Shown here: positions 62,141 to 64,000 of the stretch, in pieces
How the letters are laid out: each line of letters opens with the position of its first letter
How positions within the stretch are numbered: the stretch's first letter is position 1
Assembly (NCBI GenBank): GCA_048885535.1
Contig: JBHLLO010000009.1
Coordinates: 2,909-66,908, forward strand
Direction: 5' to 3'
Length of the DNA: 64,000 bases
Origin: Candidatus Hermodarchaeota archaeon
Lineage (GTDB): Archaea > Asgardarchaeota > Lokiarchaeia > Sigyniarchaeales > SOKP01
The notes under the pieces: generated by a model
What the model saw: only the letters and a program-made list of their open reading frames with translations
Told to the model about the DNA's origin: nothing
Databases searched by the model: none
Made by a program: the position numbers and the translations under genes

Positions 62141-63208
62141 CTAAATTTTGGCAGAATTTTTTATAAAAGCTTCTAATAGTCGAATTGTATTTAAGATATC
62201 GTCTAATTTTAGAAGTGAAGTGGGAGAATGGATATAACGACAGGGAACTGACACTACAGTACTAGGCACTCCCTCACGTGTAAGCTGAATTTTTCCAGCG
62301 TCAGTCAATCCATACATAGGTTTTTTAATTTGGAATGGGATTTTCTCAAATTTTGCATTTTCTATAAGTCTTTTATTTAGATAAGGAGAGCAAATTATAG
62401 ATTTATCTGCCATGGTAATTGCAGGACCTTTCCCAATATATACAGGGATTTTTGATTCCTTTATATCTGGAACATCTCCTGCTGTCGTATTTTCTATAGC
62501 AAGAGCCATGGTCGGTTTTAACTTAAAAGCGCCGGTTACTGCTCCAATTCTCCCAAATTCTTCTTGCACAGCGAAATTAAAAAGAAATGTGTCATCAAAT
62601 GTTGGTTTTTGTTTTAATTCCATCATTAATTGCAGAAGAACATTACATCCCGTCCGATCATCGAATGCTTTCCCACGAACCATATTATTAGGAAATTCTA
62701 CAAAAGGGTCATATAAGGTTCCAACTGAGCCAATTTCTAAGCCATTATTCATTACATCATCATAAGAATTCATTCCAACATCGATATACATATTAGTAAG
62801 TTCAGTCAATCTCTTTCTTTCATTCGGTGAAGTAAGGTGAGGTGGTTTCGATCCAATTATCCCATGAAGAAGTTTACCAGATTTTGATTTTAAAATTACG
62901 GCTTGCCCTAATAATATTCTTATGTCCCAATTACCAACCAAAACAAATCTTAAAAAACCAGATTTTTCAATGTGAGAAATCATAAATCCAATTTCATCAA
63001 TATGAGCATCAAATAAAATTCTATTCTTGTTTTCTTCCCCTTCCTTAATTGCAAGTACATTTCCAAGAGGATCCTTCCAAACTTTATCCGCTAAGTCTTC
63101 ATTTTCAACTTTGTTTAAAATATAATCACTTACTTCATTCTCAAATCCAGAAACACCAAATAGGGAGGAAAGCTCCATTTGAAGGCTTTTAATATTTTCT
63201 AAGTTCAA
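62141..63208 (-). CDS. M42-family aminopeptidase (TET-like)
   Basis: GVSGFE, AHIDEIG, KAFDDR, VQEE, TDAG, RYIHSP. Confidence 0.93.
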   Translation of the reverse strand: MNLENIKSLQMELSSLFGVSGFENEVSDYILNKVENEDLADKVWKDPLGNVLAIKEGEENKNRILFDAHIDEIGFMISHIEKSGFLRFVLVGNWDIRILLGQAVILKSKSGKLLHGIIGSKPPHLTSPNERKRLTELTNMYIDVGMNSYDDVMNNGLEIGSVGTLYDPFVEFPNNMVRGKAFDDRTGCNVLLQLMMELKQKPTFDDTFLFNFAVQEEFGRIGAVTGAFKLKPTMALAIENTTAGDVPDIKESKIPVYIGKGPAITMADKSIICSPYLNKRLIENAKFEKIPFQIKKPMYGLTDAGKIQLTREGVPSTVVSVPCRYIHSPTSLLKLDDILNTIRLLEAFIKNSAKI

Positions 63209-63336
63209 TTTAAAACCACTTATATTTAAAAATCCTAATTGATATGTATAAGTTTGACCAATCTAAAATAAAATTAACCAAAATTGTGGATTGACTTCTA
63301 GAAAGAGAGAAAAGGAGTTTTAAAAATATACAAAAA

Positions 63337-64000
63337 TTATTTACTTCTTTTTTTGAGCTCATTAATCGCTTTTTCAGCTAATACAATCGCATCTGCATAT
63401 TTGGATTTATATTTTTCAAGTTGAGCCTCTAATTCAATAGATTTCTCTTGTAGATCAATAATTACCTCACTGCTCTCTTCTCCAGTTTGAGGAAATGAAC
63501 TAGGGTCTTCAATTTTTTCTTTAATAAAGTTATATTTTTCTTGCCAAACTTTTAACTCAGTTTGTAAATCTAAAATTCTATCATCTACGTCTTCCGCTGT
63601 TAATGGAACTCCCGGTGCTTCACCTGCTTCTAACCCAACTAATTTATCTTTTAGCATCTCAACTTCTTCTTCTAACTCCTTGATTTTGATCTTCAATGCT
63701 GCAATTTCATCTAGATATTCAGCAGATGTTTTTGGTGCTGTAATTTCTTCAAAAATAGCTTTACCTGTCTCTAATTCATTTGCACTTTTTCCTCCAAGTA
63801 TTCTCTGACGCCTTATTTGCATTTCCTCCACTGTTTGTTTTGGCAGAAAATCTAAAGGATTAAAACCAATTCCACCGTGCTCAGTACGTCGTTTTCTTAT
63901 TTTTACATATAATGGGATCCCTTTAACAGCTTCTCCACAGATTATTGATTGGCCTTTATCTAATCCTGAGATATCTTTTCTATTATCTTTACTTAAATCC
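63337..64000 (-). CDS. Partial CDS (C-terminal part): HerA/FtsK-like ATPase end plus coiled-coil tail; the ORF-track start at 63831 is internal
   Basis: Frame is open to the window edge: DLSKDNRKDISGLDKGQSIICGEAVKGIPLYVKIRKRRTEHGG, typical of HerA-family C-termini. Confidence 0.7.
   Translation of the reverse strand, partial: DLSKDNRKDISGLDKGQSIICGEAVKGIPLYVKIRKRRTEHGGIGFNPLDFLPKQTVEEMQIRRQRILGGKSANELETGKAIFEEITAPKTSAEYLDEIAALKIKIKELEEEVEMLKDKLVGLEAGEAPGVPLTAEDVDDRILDLQTELKVWQEKYNFIKEKIEDPSSFPQTGEESSEVIIDLQEKSIELEAQLEKYKSKYADAIVLAEKAINELKKRSK

Noticed and set aside
2140-62765. Short ORF-track entries nested in or antisense to long genes (e.g. 7372-7698, 8513-8899, 10989-11456, 13360-13629, 41770-42126, 58980-59189, 62412-62765)
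   Set aside because: They overlap well-supported genes and lack motifs or natural composition; treated as shadow ORFs.
1-64000. CRISPR arrays, tRNA/rRNA genes, transposases, integrases, additional stop-containing introns
   Set aside because: No regularly spaced DNA repeats, GC-rich structural RNA or recombinase motifs seen, and the other intergenic gaps showed no intron-split genes. Stop-free in-frame introns cannot be excluded by eye.

Overview
AT-rich, gene-dense archaeal DNA. The gene content (Rab-like and longin-fused small GTPases, longin and gelsolin domains, a Loki-CTERM-like tail, short XPF, geranylgeranyl reductase) points to an Asgard archaeon of the Lokiarchaeia type; this is inferred from gene content only. 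About 50 protein genes are present, mostly fatty-acid/amino-acid metabolism, eukaryotic-signature proteins and membrane proteins. I saw no rRNA, tRNA, CRISPR array or transposase. Top finding: a low-molecular-weight phosphatase gene missed by the ORF track (37637-38161) is interrupted in its catalytic P-loop by a 21-nt stop-containing insert that folds into a canonical bulge-helix-bulge. Cutting at the standard tRNA-endonuclease positions restores CSGNTARS exactly, making it a candidate mRNA intron in an Asgard protein-coding gene. Other highlights: a TIR-NTPase-LRR (TNL-like) protein near a SIR2-TPR protein, a tandem array of four homologous surface modules followed by gelsolin/helical/longin genes, and a diverged relic of an acyl-CoA dehydrogenase 3' end. 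All product calls come from motif recognition by eye, with no database searches.
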